Shown here: positions 28,108-42,975 of the stretch, one piece after another
How positions within the stretch are numbered: the first letter of the stretch is position 1
How the letters are laid out: every line of letters begins with the position of its first letter
Assembly: GCA_951406725.2 (NCBI GenBank)
Contig: OX597814.1
Location: forward strand, 119,908,001 to 119,972,000
Direction: 5' to 3'
DNA from: Octopus vulgaris
Lineage: Eukaryota
Length of the DNA stretch: 64,000 nt
Made by a program: the position numbers and the translations under genes
The notes under the pieces: generated by a model
Databases searched by the model: none
The model's input: only the letters and a program-made list of their open reading frames with translations
What the model was told of the DNA's origin: nothing

Positions 28108-30448
28108 TATATATAACAAAATGGAAAAAAAAAACTAAGGCAAGAAGTTCTAACCACCGCGGATTATATGGTTGCTGCCACAATGTTGAATTGTGAGTTA
28201 AATCCAGATAAAGTTTTAGACAGTTAGGTGTAGAACATATTGCTGTACAAACTGGTGTGAAAATACAAAGCAAATAAACGGATTGTGAGCTATGAATAGA
28301 TTCAGTTAGATAATGAGATAAAAGGATATAGTACATGAATAGAAAGTTATGTGTGAGATAGGGAGTTGTACGGATTTCTTAGAATAACTCGTAAATAATA
28401 ATCTTATGGAAATATGGAGAGCACTGAATATACGTAGTATATTATTAAAGTGGAACTGTGTTGCTTTCAAAAAGAATCAGGACAAGTCTGTGTAGTTAGA
28501 AGTATGTGGGGAAAAGTCCTCGAAACGCAAAAATTAGTGGAGAGAAAGAGTAGGTAAATTGTACGGAAAATTAGCCTCATATGTGCATATTGCAATGTTG
28601 CAATCTGACGGAAAGTTTCTAATCAAAAATTTTATTGGCAGTTGAGTTCCTTAAGTTGCAAAGTGAGCGATGTACAATGATTGATATTATATACAGTGTG
28701 ACGATTTGAATAGATGAAAGATTACTCTTCCCTTTGATGAATATACTTCATATGCTGAAGAGCGATGGATTAGTGTGTAGGCTGAAAACTGGCTATAACA
28801 CGTTGCGTGGATATTATAATACACGAAATTCAATCTACTACTCTATTCCATCACTTGTGCTATTTTTGTGAAGTAATGCAATAAAAGGCGTTTAGAAAAT
28901 TGGTAGGCATTTTAAAAGAATGAATTAACATAAAATGATAATAGAATTCACTACCAAAAGAATTAAATTTCACATTGGGTTTTGCAAGTCAAGGCATTCA
29001 TTCAGTCGAAATTATTTAAGTGCGAATAAAATACGAAAATACAAGGAATTCTAGAATGACAATTAAAATAAAGGAAGAGAACACCTACAAAACAATAACT
29101 GTGTCTAACTTGAAAAAAACTGAGCAAATGTCATTTAGCCTGCAACAAATATATCGGATCGAACCCCCTGCAGTTATAATTACGTATTCTCATATTGTAA
29201 ACAATATCATTTAGATACATTCCAAAGAGTTCACAACTAGTATTTTTATCAATGCCTAGGCCATTAATAATTCAACAGGTCAGATGTTGAATTATAATGG
29301 TCAGAAATATGACAGATGTTTGGATTAGAATATTTAGCAGTACCTTTCTACAAACATTTCACCCTTTTCACTTTATATAAAGCAATATCAACCACGTTTC
29401 CATTGAAATTCAATCTGGGCATCAACACAAAAATTAAGGTAATAACTCGCTACAAACACATAGTGAATCAAATTAAAATCACTTAATATTTTGCTTCTTA
29501 TTCTATCATACATCTTTTTGTTTTGCTAAATGTTGCAAGTTTTAGCCTGTTATTGAATGTTAAATATTTCTAATTCCCTTTTCATCATTCAGATTATTTA
29601 CACAATCAAATATTTTAAAGACTCAATAGCGGCGTCAAATTAAAATATATTGTCTATATTCAAAAATGACTTTTATACAGTATATTTCGACAAGGAATAA
29701 AGAATAATTATAGTAAAAATATTGAGAGAATGAATAAATGAATTAATAAAGCCATGTTGTAACATTTTGTATAAAAATATTTACTGCATAGATTTTACCA
29801 TCGCATATTGTCTATAACACATATTGTCTACAGATTTATCCACCATATATTGTCTACGAATATTTTTGCCTAACATATGGTGGAAGTGGTATTAAGATCT
29901 TAAATGTGTATGACATGCTTCGGATAAGGTCCTAATGTATACCATTGCTGCACGCAACACAAACATATTTACATGTACGGGAACTATGACTCAAGGTATA
30001 ACACTTGTTTGGGTTTTATATATAAAAACTGCGCCTATGTTTTCGAGGTACTCAGATCTAAATAAGTGGGTTCTTAAGAATATAGCAAGGAAACATTACA
30101 AAGATATTTCAATAAATAAAATGAGAGTAGGAAAAGAAGTTAGGATCTTACTAACAGTTCTAAATAATGTCAAATTAGCGATAAACTTCGCGACTTCCTG
30201 ACATTATATTTCAGTAAAATTGGTTTACATACATCGTCTTCAGTTCTTGCAATTAATGGTGTAACTTATTAAAAAAAATATTACATTGCTGTACAAACAT
30301 ATTCTCTGAATATTTCAAGGCAAATATAATACAAACATATTATATTTCATTAAATTTGAATGCAATTAAATCTGAAATTAAAAAAAAATTATCGAAAACG
30401 ATATCTACATACACATATATTTATAAACACACACACACACACACACAC

Positions 30449-30500
<52 letters not shown>

Positions 30501-30547
30501 TTTATCTTCTGTATACAAGCATACACACACACGCATACATACGTATA

Positions 30548-30579
<32 letters not shown>

Positions 30580-30613
30580 CGTATATATAAATGTATGTAC
30601 ATATATACGTGTA

Positions 30614-30666
<53 letters not shown>

Positions 30667-30716
30667 ATATACGTATGTATATATATGTATATATATATAT
30701 AATATATGTATGTGTA

Positions 30717-31269
30717 TGTCAGGTCACTTTCGAGTGCTACTGGTAACATGTAACCCAGTACAACCTGTTGCATGGTCGGGTCGTTGGCGACTAAACCGGC
30801 AACCCCACCAAGCTTGCTTGGTGAGGAGGGTGTTTATTGGACAGCCTGCGGGATGAAAAACGAAACCCTTCAAAGGGCAGAGGAACTCTTGAGAGTCAAC
30901 GGCCATCCAATAAATGCCTTAAGGCTGTATCATGCGCGGGGACATAGAAATAATGGGACTGAATACCCGATCACGCGGTTAAGCCATTGGGAGTGAAGGA
31001 CTCCTAGCCTTTGTTAGGGCATCCTTCTAGGAGAAGGTAACTCAGGAAACTGGGATAAATACAACATAAAACCTGCGGCTCAGTGGTTACCGATGATGTT
31101 GACTTGTTCTTTTTTCCGGATTATGGCTGCTGTTGCTTAGTGAGTGGGATTGACTCGGTGTACATCCTTTCCTCACTTAAAAAAATCTTCTTGCACAGGC
31201 ATTGCACGATAACAACATTGATTAAGCTTCGTGCAATGGCCATACTCGATAACGAGGGGGCAGCCACCA
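30717..31269 (+). mobile_element. Non-autonomous ~553-bp element, RTE-5'UTR-like (copy 1)
   Basis: Colinear with 59950-60504 with identical start and end points; GC-richer, no credible ORF, followed by a TA-type tail. The RTE assignment is an inference. Confidence 0.75.
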
Positions 31270-32423
<1,154 letters not shown>

Positions 32424-32470
32424 TAATACTATATATTTAAGTAATACTAAGTAATACTATATATATATAT

Positions 32471-32538
<68 letters not shown>

Positions 32539-32639
32539 GTAAATATATATAAATATATATATGTGAGTAGCAGAAATATAATAAAATTTATACACATCTA
32601 TTTATATATATTTCTGCTGCTTTGAAATAAAGTATATAT

Positions 32640-32678
<39 letters not shown>

Positions 32679-32683
32679 GAACA

Positions 32684-32719
<36 letters not shown>

Positions 32720-33168
32720 CTGTTTGTCTTTGCCTTTTCTTGTCAGAAGTCTATCGAATATTTTCCTTTTCTCAAATAAGATTACCGATAACCATTTCAG
32801 TTATTTCATCTATAATACTCTGACTGACACAACTTGAACATTCTTTTATGAAATGGATTTGTTAATCTTTGCAATAGCTGTATGTCAAGACATGAACTGG
32901 TTTCAAAGTAATCGTGCAGACTAATCTTCCTCAATGTAATCTCTTGAACATTAAATCTCTTTACGTAGTACGAGATGTCTATCATAAAAGAATGCAGTTT
33001 ACTAGACTTAAATGAGTTGAATACTTCTATAAATATGGCTGTATGTTCCGTGCTTCATATACAATTTAAAATTAGAGTATAGCTTCAAATTTGATAGATA
33101 CGCACACATATACATTTAGAGGTACACAGATACACACAGATGATAACACGCACACACACACACACACC

Positions 33169-33212
<44 letters not shown>

Positions 33213-35461
33213 TTTATATATATTTATACATAGGTACATAAATATATATTCATATATACATGTACACATGGACACTCTCGTATGCGCAAACAGGCACACA
33301 CACTCACGCACACAAAACACACACACGTATACATACATGTAAATGCATGAAATTGCGTGTGGGCATATTGACATTTTTCAAACATCGAAGTTAATTGTCT
33401 TTTTGTATATTCCTAATTGCATTAGTTTTATTGAACAAATTTCACTTCAAAACATTAAAGCGTTCCTTGAAGGAAGTCATATTTTTGCAACATTGATATA
33501 ATTTCAGCAAAAATTTTTTAGTTCACGAAACGGAAACTAATTCATTAATTCTGGAAATACAGAATGTTTTGTAACTGCTTCTAAATAATATACAGCGTGT
33601 TTATTTCTTAGTTAACCAATGTAACGAAATGAATATTGTTAGACATTCTGGAAATGTTGATCCTTCTGTAATTAAACTGCTTTATGGAAACGGATTTTAA
33701 TGAATTCGTTTATTGTTTATGTAAACTGATCATTTCAAGAGAACTCGAATAGAAAAGAAATGGATGTTGATTTTAAACTGAAAGAAGATATGGTGAATAA
33801 AATTTCTTGGAGCGGGAATCGAAACTGATCATTGCTTGGTAGCATAGGTTGCGATATCATAGAGGTTAACGTACATGTAGACATTCAATAAATGAACATC
33901 TAAGTGGTCATTTACGATGATAGAATGAAGAGGGATATCTCTGACCAAACAGACCACAACACATTCTAAACATACAGCTTCAATGAATAATATACTCTTG
34001 AATACATTACGCTTGAATGTTGATGTGATGTCTGTAGCTTGACACCGTTGAAACGTGGAAATTCGATACCGAAAAATAAACGGAACATCATGTGAATGAA
34101 GTAAAAATCAATGATCTGTTTGCACATCAAAATTAGGCATTCCTAAATAGTAATGCAGATGATAAAACACGAAGAACATTATTAAATAATTCATAGGATA
34201 CCAAAGAAAACCGAACGCAGAAAGCTGAAGTGTTGTAATATTCTTAACTATTATGTCTCAGCACAAGAATAAATTGTACCAAATGAACTACACCAACTAA
34301 AAGTGCAAGTGATTTATGTAAACTACAGAAGAATAAATCAAATATAAATCTGACAATCTAAACAAAACATCGTATATTATTAACTACCTAGAATTTATTT
34401 TTAATGGTAAACTTTATTTCATTAGCAAATTTCCAATATAATATGCTACAAAGACAACGTAAAGTCATAAAGTACGTTACAATATCTCGATGGCTAAAGA
34501 TAAACTACCTAATAGGTCTGATATCATTACATGTATAATCAACTCGCAAACAAATTTCGTATTATTTTCTGCTCTAGGCCCAAGGCCCAAAATTTTGGGG
34601 GAGGACGTCCATACCTATGTGTATATATATACATGCATGCGTATGGGTTTAAATACACAAGTACGCAAGCCTATATAATAAGGGATTCACACAAACATAT
34701 ATATGTACGCACGTGCACGTGTGTGTATATTATATATACTTTTTTCTTTCTTTCTCTCTGATTCATCTAGCCACACTATCACATTATAGAAACTTTACCA
34801 TTCTTAATACTCTTCCCTTCCGTTTTGGGGTTTATTACTCACATTAGAAAACCCATTTCTATAACTTTTCTCTACCCATCCATTAGTGCAATTCTAACAT
34901 ACCAAACCACCTCTCACCTCACACATATTCATACTTAACCCTGCCTACCTCACACCTACTCCTCTCCTTTGCCCCTCATAATATTTTAATCACTAACTAA
35001 CACACCTATGTTCACAAATTTTCTTTCTTACACAATTTTGACTTTGTTTTCCTCTACCTTCCTTCTTTTCTCACCTTTTTCTTTGACCTCTATCTTCATT
35101 TTAACATACACATCTCTTCTCCCTTCTTTATCGACTTAATGCTACGAATACATTGTTAAATTTCATTCACACCATAAGAATTTCAACACATGGAATCTAC
35201 GTCGCTACACATTCCATTTGTGATGACAAAATATGAACTCATATTGGAACTTATATACCACGGACAAGAAGCATTTCTACCATTTCTACACGTCACATTC
35301 CTTGGATAATGGAACTGCAAATTTAACATATTTCTGTATTGCTTGTTTTATTTCTGCATTCATTCTCCTAATTCCCTATATACGCCTTATAAGCTTCCAT
35401 TTCTAAAATAACTCTAATAAATTGAAATCTAATATTTTCCTCTATTTATACATCTCACATC

Positions 35462-35509
35462 GTCTTCGATGAAATGACATCCAAAATATACCAGAAACAA
35501 CTGTAAGAC
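35462..35509 (+). ncRNA. Degenerate hammerhead motif in PLE-like terminus (~34760-35580)
   Basis: gtct-TCGATGA-...-GAAA-caactg-TA-agac; same family as 6522 and 26678. Confidence 0.55.
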
Positions 35510-35604
35510 TAACATTCTCTTTATAAATGTCCTTAAAATTTCACGAAACCTTAGATTTTTTGTCTCATTTTATTTAACATATATATATATACATAGATAT
35601 ATAA

Positions 35605-35657
<53 letters not shown>

Positions 35658-35771
35658 TATATACACATATATATATATATACACATATATATATATATTT
35701 GTATTGATGTATAAATATATATATAATTATATATATATGTGTGTGTGTGTGAATGTATGTATATATAAATA

Positions 35772-35809
<38 letters not shown>

Positions 35810-35812
<3 letters not shown>

Positions 35813-36052
35813 CCCAAAACTGATCAAAGAGGAAAAATATATCACCTTTAAACTGAGTCTGGACAAAGTACTTCAAGGAATACCAGAGAAGCCTGGATAC
35901 AACTCACTCAATAAGAACTTAGTATTTCAATGAACCATGATACCAGGAAGCTTGACTTAAAAAGGCTTTAGATAATACCATCACGTGGTACTATTAAGTT
36001 AGACATGGCCTGGTCCAATATTTGGTGGAAACTTATCTAAGTTATCTTAGTT
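35810..36052 (+). mobile_element. LINE 3'-end fragment
   Basis: [16 protein letters not shown] resembles the CR1 C-terminus FKTKLDLFLLGVPDEP; short tandem tail ttatctaag. Confidence 0.6.
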
Positions 36053-36270
36053 TATATATATGTGTGTTTGTGTGTGTGTGTTTTCGAGTGTGTGTGTATG
36101 TATATGTATATGTATATATATATATATACATATATATATATAAATATATATACAAATATATATATGTATATTTAGCTATATATATATAAATAGATGTATA
36201 TATATATATAAATATATACATATATATGTATGTGTATATATATATATAGACATATATATGTATATGTATA

Positions 36271-36311
<41 letters not shown>

Positions 36312-36371
36312 ATATATAGGAATGTATATATAACTATATATGCATATACATAAATATATATTTACACACAC

Positions 36372-36416
<45 letters not shown>

Positions 36417-37074
36417 AAGAATGCTAAACCTCAAGATGCATCAAGTTTCTACATGCTTCTTCCTTGCGGTAAGTTCAAATACCTGTAGAAAAAAAAGACC
36501 GTGAGGGATATAGAAACGACTATTTTCCTGCATGTTGAAAAATGGATGTTTTAACGAAGCACGTATAATTCACCTCAATAGGAAAAAATTTGTCAGCGTG
36601 TGAGATGAACAGAATAGTTTTCTTTCAAATTACTGTGAGTTAATAGTATACTATAGTTTCCATTTTCACTTTGCAATTAAAAAAATCAATCTTGAAAATT
36701 AATTTAGTTCAAATATGTCAGGTATGCCTTTTATCAGAACTATCTTTCCATATTTACTTAAAATATATAAGGTAAAAAATATTGCTTTATTACTCCACAG
36801 CAACTTGAATTTCAAGAGTTAAACTTAATTCAAAGCAAGAGTGATAGAAAGCTAAAGCCCCTTATTAAATTTTGACATGTTTCTGCCTGGCGGCTTATTA
36901 GAATGTGCATATATGAACAAGGAGTGGGAGATGGAAGCGACTATTTCCATGCATGTTGAAAATAGATGCTATAATTAAACCTCTATAATTCACCTAGATA
37001 CGAAAAATGCTGTCAGCAGGTGAGACGAAAATAATATTATTTTTAAAAATTACTGTGACATAATAAGTTTTCTA

Positions 37075-37521
37075 TTGTTGAGTAGTGTTCCACAGGGCAC
37101 TGTGTGGGGATCACTGCTTTTCGTAGTGGCCCTCACAGATATGGCCTCATTTTCACAGTTAGCCAACCTTGCTAGCTACGCAGACAATACAAAAGTCTCG
37201 CAGAAAATACAAAACCCTAGCGACTTTGCACGCTTGCAGCAGGAGCTGGACTCAATTTGCAGATGGACTGGTGATAATAATATGCAGTTCAATGAAACCT
37301 CTATAATTCTCCATGATATATAAAAAGCTGTCAGAGGGTGAGGCGAAGAGAATATTTTGGATCACTTCCTGTCGAGAGTCCTAGATAAAACTACATAGTG
37401 GCAGGAGACGCAAATAAGTGTAGCGACATCACCAAATATCATCTATCAGAGGAGACGCTCAATAATAGAAGAGTAGCAAAACAGTGGTGCCCCAGCTTGC
37501 CCACATATATCAGCTGATACT

Positions 37522-37552
<31 letters not shown>

Positions 37553-37553
37553 C

Positions 37554-37637
<84 letters not shown>

Positions 37638-38220
37638 ATTCAGTTTAATGGTGAAAACTTCCAAGCCTTGCATCTACCAGCGTGCAAAACTGAATATATG
37701 ACTTACAGGGTCCACTGGTCCACGGGGAATTACAATCCCAGATTCTAAATCAGTAATTGACATGTGTATCGACATGAGTGATGATACCTCTTTCCAAGTG
37801 CACATTGCCAGAATGGCGACAAAGTGCAGACAACTGGATGGATGGATCCTGAGAACATTCAGTACTAAAGATAAAGAAACCATGATGGTCATTTGATGGG
37901 CATTCGGCCACAGCCGCCTGGATTACTGCTCCCTGTTATGGTCAACCAACAGCGTAAAATTAGCAGCGGAACTTGAATCAATCCAGTATTGAAAGCTACC
38001 CTAATGCCAAAATGGGTCGACACTGCATAGTGCCAAACATCCCAAGAATGCCATCGCGTTTCAGGACTAGTTACTGCACCAGCCTGTGTTTCAGGGGCCC
38101 ACAGCTTTTTAATATTGTCCTAACGAACCTTAAGAACCTGCACAAAGTATATGTAGGTTTTTTTAAATCAAGGCTGGACCTCCTTCTGTCGAGAGTCCCA
38201 GATGAACCTACCACACGGCA
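37075..38220 (+). mobile_element. Scrambled CR1-group LINE fragments around a (GA)n tract
   Basis: SSVPQGTVWG..ASYADNTKV (37075-37290), a 3' end (37358-37520), and 37638-38220 with FRGPQLFN..LSRVPDEPT. Confidence 0.85.
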
Positions 38221-38312
38221 GCGCCGGACGCGAACGAGCTACTGACGACGACTTCACGCTGCCGCGCTGCCGGAAAAGCACTATACATACATACATATAT
38301 ACATACAAACAT

Positions 38313-38398
<86 letters not shown>

Positions 38399-38980
38399 GA
38401 ATATGTATATACATATATAGTTTACTGCTCCAGGTGTATATATATACATACACACAAACACACATTAATCAAAAAAAAAAAAAGGATAGACAACTTCATG
38501 CTGAAGTACCTACGTGCGTTTCAACGCTATGGCTTTTCGGAGATCTGCGATGGATGTTTCAAATGTTTATAGACGTCCACTCACAATCAATTTTCAGAGA
38601 ACACTTTCTTGTGTCAAATTACAGATATCTATGGACATTTTATCGTATCAAGTTACGGATAACTTCATTTATAGTTAACTGTAACTTGATATAATAATGT
38701 GTTGTTTGTGGAAGTTTTGACATTGAGCATCTGTGTGGTTTTCGAGCATATTATGTACGGCTACAAAGAACATTAATGCTGAAATTCACGTACACGATTT
38801 AATATAAAATTACGTTTATCCTATGTTTCCTATGTTTGATCTGTAGCCGATATCTGCTAATACTATTCAGTATAGCACTTAATTAACAAAGATTTAGAAA
38901 TTAGAGTGGATTATGGAAGTGTACGTGAAGCTCTAAAGACAACATTTGCTGTCCTGCACCTGCTTCTAACATAATTTCCC

Positions 38981-39054
<74 letters not shown>

Positions 39055-39055
<1 letters not shown>

Positions 39056-39206
39056 TTTTCTCTCCTTGTTTTCTGTGTCCCTTTCTGTAGAAGAGCGTAG
39101 GCTCGAAACGTAAAAGACTTTTTCTATCCTTGAGCGTTATACTAATACATCTGTTTGTTTTGTATACCACCTGTCTTCGTCTTTTGTCGTTTTTTTCGAA
39201 AACTCT

Positions 39207-39210
<4 letters not shown>
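39055..39210 (+). mobile_element. Short (~160 bp) HHR-bearing repeat between (TA)n tracts
   Basis: Homologous to 40351-40545 (minus) and 51100-51220 (minus). Confidence 0.8.
39081..39116 (+). ncRNA. Minimal type I hammerhead motif (core variant CUGUAGA plus extra A)
   Basis: cttt-CTGTAGA-a-gagc gtag gctc-GAAA-cg-TA-aaag; palindromic ACGT stem III. Confidence 0.7.
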
Positions 39211-39257
<47 letters not shown>

Positions 39258-39260
<3 letters not shown>

Positions 39261-39545
39261 AGGCGCAATGACCCAGTGGTTAGGGCAATGGACTCGCGGT
39301 TGTAGGGTCGTGGTTTCGATTGCCAGACCGGGCATTGTGAGCGAAAACACCTAAAGCTCCATGTTGCTCCGGCAAGAGGGGTGGCGATACCTGCTGTACT
39401 CTTTCGTCACAACTTTCTCTCACTCTTTGGCCTGCTCGCTTAGCCCGTGGGGGTGGCGTCATTTCATGGTTAAAACAATTCGAAGCGCATTGTGACCAGC
39501 GATGTGTTGCTACTTCTGATAGCCTGGTCGGTCACAGTGATCACG

Positions 39546-39551
<6 letters not shown>
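39258..39551 (+). mobile_element. tRNA-derived SINE family C
   Basis: Head ggaggcgcaatgacccagtggttagg (box A), ggtttcgattgc (box B-like); tail ggtcacagtgatcacggtgat. Confidence 0.85.
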
Positions 39552-39606
<55 letters not shown>

Positions 39607-39627
39607 ATATACATATATATATGTGTG

Positions 39628-39671
<44 letters not shown>

Positions 39672-39672
<1 letters not shown>

Positions 39673-39899
39673 TTCTTTACTACCCACAAGGGTCTAAACA
39701 CAGAAGGGACAAACAAGGACAGACAAAGGTATTAAGTCGATTACATCGACCCCAGTGCGTAAAAGGTACTTAATTTATCGACCCCAAATGAATGAAAGGC
39801 AAAGTCGACCTCGGCGGAATTTGAACTCAGAATGTAACGATAGACGAAATACGGCTACGCATTTCGCCCAGCGTGCTAACGTTTCTGCCAGCTCGCCTT
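39672..39899 (-). mobile_element. SINE family B
   Basis: Reverse complement of 16381-16610. Confidence 0.9.
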
Positions 39900-40442
39900 C
39901 ATATATACATGAATGTGCTTGTGTGTGTGTGTGCAACTCAAAAGGTGAAATTATATGAGAACACCTACATCACAGAAGTAAACAAGGAAAATCCTGAAAA
40001 GATTATCCACTTCACTGGATCTTGATAAATGCCAGAAGCGCACGCTAAGTTTCACGCTTGCACGTAGGTGTATTAGAAACCTAATATTCAAAGCGGGTTC
40101 TATTTCAAGCACTTTGTGCACTTTTACTTGATTACACCGTCCCATTTAGAAAAGTTTGCCATAGCAACGTCGTAGTATATGGTATCAATCTTAAGGGACT
40201 ATAAAGATACTATACAGAAATTCCATACGCTATGTTAAGACCTGCCATCATACAAATATTCATTTGCCAATGGTACACATATGCGCGCGCACACACGTAC
40301 ACACACACACATATATGTGTATTATATATCTATTTATATATATATATATATAGTTGAAATTTACAGAAAAACAAAAGACGAAGTCGGGTATATAAACAGC
40401 AAGCAGATGTATTAGTTTAACGCTCGGGAAGGTGAGAAAATA

Positions 40443-40477
40443 TTTTACGTTTCACTCCTACCCTCTTCATCAGAAGA
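40443..40477 (-). ncRNA. Minimal hammerhead motif with canonical core and decayed stem II
   Basis: Minus strand: tctt-CTGATGA-a-gagggtaggagt-GAAA-cg-TA-aaa; homologue of 39081-39116. Confidence 0.6.
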
Positions 40478-40689
40478 AAAACACGAGAACATAAAGAGAG
40501 AGAGAATAAAAGCTCTTTTGGAGCTAGCGCTCAATCATGTCGGCTGGATAGTGGTAGTTCGACAAGAGAGCTTGGAAGTATGGGAGATAATAAAGTACAT
40601 ATATATATATATATATTGTGTGCGTGTGTGTGTGTGTGTGTGTGCAAGCCAACCGCATGCTGACAGTCTCATGTAAAAAGAACAATGTT

Positions 40690-41130
40690 GGTTTTAGATT
40701 TTTACAGAAGAATACCAAATTCGGAAGTGGGGATAAATCGACTGAGTGGACGCCAGTGCTTGACTGGTACATATTTTATTGGAATTTTGAAAGGCAAAGT
40801 TGACCTCGGCGGAATTTGAATTCTAACCGTAACGACGGACAAAATGTCGCCATGCATTTTGCTCGACGAGCTTATTCTTTAGCCAGTTCACCGTCTTCAC
40901 ATAAATAAAAACACTGATTTCAAATTTTGGTGCAGGAGCAGCAGTCACGGTGAGAGTGGGTGTACTGATTACCTCTACCTCGGTGCTCAACTGATACTTA
41001 TTTTATCGACCTCGATTTGATGAAAGATAAAGTCGACCTCCGTGGAATTTGAACTCAGAACATAAAGACGGTCAAATTGCCGCTAAGCATTTTCCTCAGC
41101 GTACTACCCATGTTGACAAGTCGCCGCATT
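40690..41130 (-). mobile_element. Two adjacent older SINE family B-like copies
   Basis: gaaaggcaaagt.gacctc..ggaatttgaa core at ~40790 and ~41025. Confidence 0.75.
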
Positions 41131-41479
41131 AACATCAATGAGAAAATTAGCAACATACATTTATGATGAAACTGATATTTATTAAAGCAGAGAATGCTAA
41201 TTTGAGACACGAATTCAATTACTAAATCGTTAAATTATTAACAAAACCTATAAAATGTAAAATAGATTTTTAAAAAAACGAGAGCAACGTTGACATTGCT
41301 ATTTAGCATATAAAGATGTTTGTTACGGTTCATGCAAATAAATACATTTTTTAAAAGAAATATGTAAAATACATCAAGTAGCTTATCTAGTACATACCTT
41401 TTTTAAAGCTTTCTCTTAGGGAATTCTGAATTCGTATATCTTCGTTTATTATGCATCATTTTCCTTTCAAAGAATTAAA

Positions 41480-41762
41480 CGTTGTTTGGATTGCAAACCA
41501 CATGGTCTTAGTTCTATTCCGGTTACGTGGTACCTTAGGAAAGAGTCCTCTACTAAACGCCACCTCTTGTCAACGGGTTTTCGTATCTACATCTACCGCC
41601 ATAACTAGCGTTTCGGTTCAATAGACCGATAGAATAAGTACCCGGTTAAAAAATTTAAAAATAAATATTGTGTTCGATTTATTCGACTAAAAATGCTTCA
41701 GGCTGGTGCCCCAGCATGACTGCAATCTAATGACTGATAAACAGTACAAGATAAAAGTTAAG
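41480..41762 (+). mobile_element. Degenerate SINE family A-like copy
   Basis: aaccacatgg, gaccgatagaataagtac, ggtgccccagcatg. Confidence 0.7.
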
Positions 41763-42477
41763 ACATAACGATCTAATACATTATTAACGTTAACATTTAA
41801 CTTGGTTTCATCAACAAAACTATAAGGTTATTATTATAACATAAGTTTGTACTGACGAATATTTGTTTCTTCGTTGAACATTATGATAAAACATCAAGTT
41901 GAATGATTAAATCCTAAAAATTTCGGAAATGTATTCCAAAAGTGTTTCTGTGCATATCACTTGCCAGTGCATACTAAGAATTATCTAGTCCATGTATTGC
42001 AACACTTCGTATCGAACCTCGATTAACAACATAAAATGTATAATAATGCTAAATTCTTGTTATCACATGCACGTATTCACCTTTTTATATAAATCTAGAA
42101 AACATTCTTAAGTTGGTGTTCGGCTGTTTGCAGTGTCTTTTAATCCGTCTGCGTCTATGATTGATGGAGCTGTGAAAAAATTTTGCTTTAAATTCAGACG
42201 CTGATATTTAGCACGTAGAAATATCATTTATTCTTATTTATAAAATGTGTTTCATGTAACTTCCTTTGCATTGTTGATGGATTAAAGATTGCTGAACGCA
42301 TGTAATGAGGTAAACAGGTTTTAAATGAGAAAAAAGGATAAACCATCATTTATATTTTATAAGTGTGTAAAATGTAGAGCAGCTTCGTTGGCTGCATGTT
42401 TCCTGCATCTGATTGTTTCTTATTTGTAAGATAATCGATGAAGTAAGTTTCGGAATGTTTTGCATGCATAGGAATTT

Positions 42478-42765
42478 CATCATCATCATAATCCTTTAGA
42501 AAGAATAGTTGTTTGTTCCTTCTCGAGCCAAACCTGGCTTCTAAGGGCCGGTTTCCCGGTTTTCCCCCACCACGACGGGACGCCGGTCCGTCGCAGGTGA
42601 GCTGCAATATGCAGGAGGAAAGAGTGAGAGAAAGTTGTGGCGAAAGAGTCAGCAGAAGTTCGCCATTACCTTCTGCCGGAGCCACGTGGAGCTCAGGTGA
42701 TTCGCTCATAAACACACACATTTCCAAGTCTGAGATTCGAACCGGCGATCCCCGCCTCCACGAAC
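42478..42765 (-). mobile_element. SINE family C-related copy with a different (GAT)n tail
   Basis: Shares ctctttcg.cacaactttctctcactcttt with 39399-39428. Confidence 0.7.
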
Positions 42766-42975
42766 GCATAGCGGAACTTAATTTAAATATTTGGTTTAAT
42801 TATCAATCATGTATGGAATCACTGAATCATTTCTGCCACCCAACCATCAAAATATTAGGAGAAACATTTTTTTTTTATGTTGACTATCAAATGTGGAACA
42901 TACAAACTTCTTTGCAAAATACTTCTATTAATTTCTATTGTATCAGAATAAATTTTTACCAAAATGACAACATGC

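Noticed and set aside
28750-28800. CTGAAGA...GAAA spacing resembling a hammerhead
   Set aside because: Stems I and III do not pair convincingly; likely chance.
30724-30996. ORFs conserved between the two 553-bp copies (also 59957-60229)
   Set aside because: Short, non-ATG starts and no domain; conservation is explained by repeat identity.
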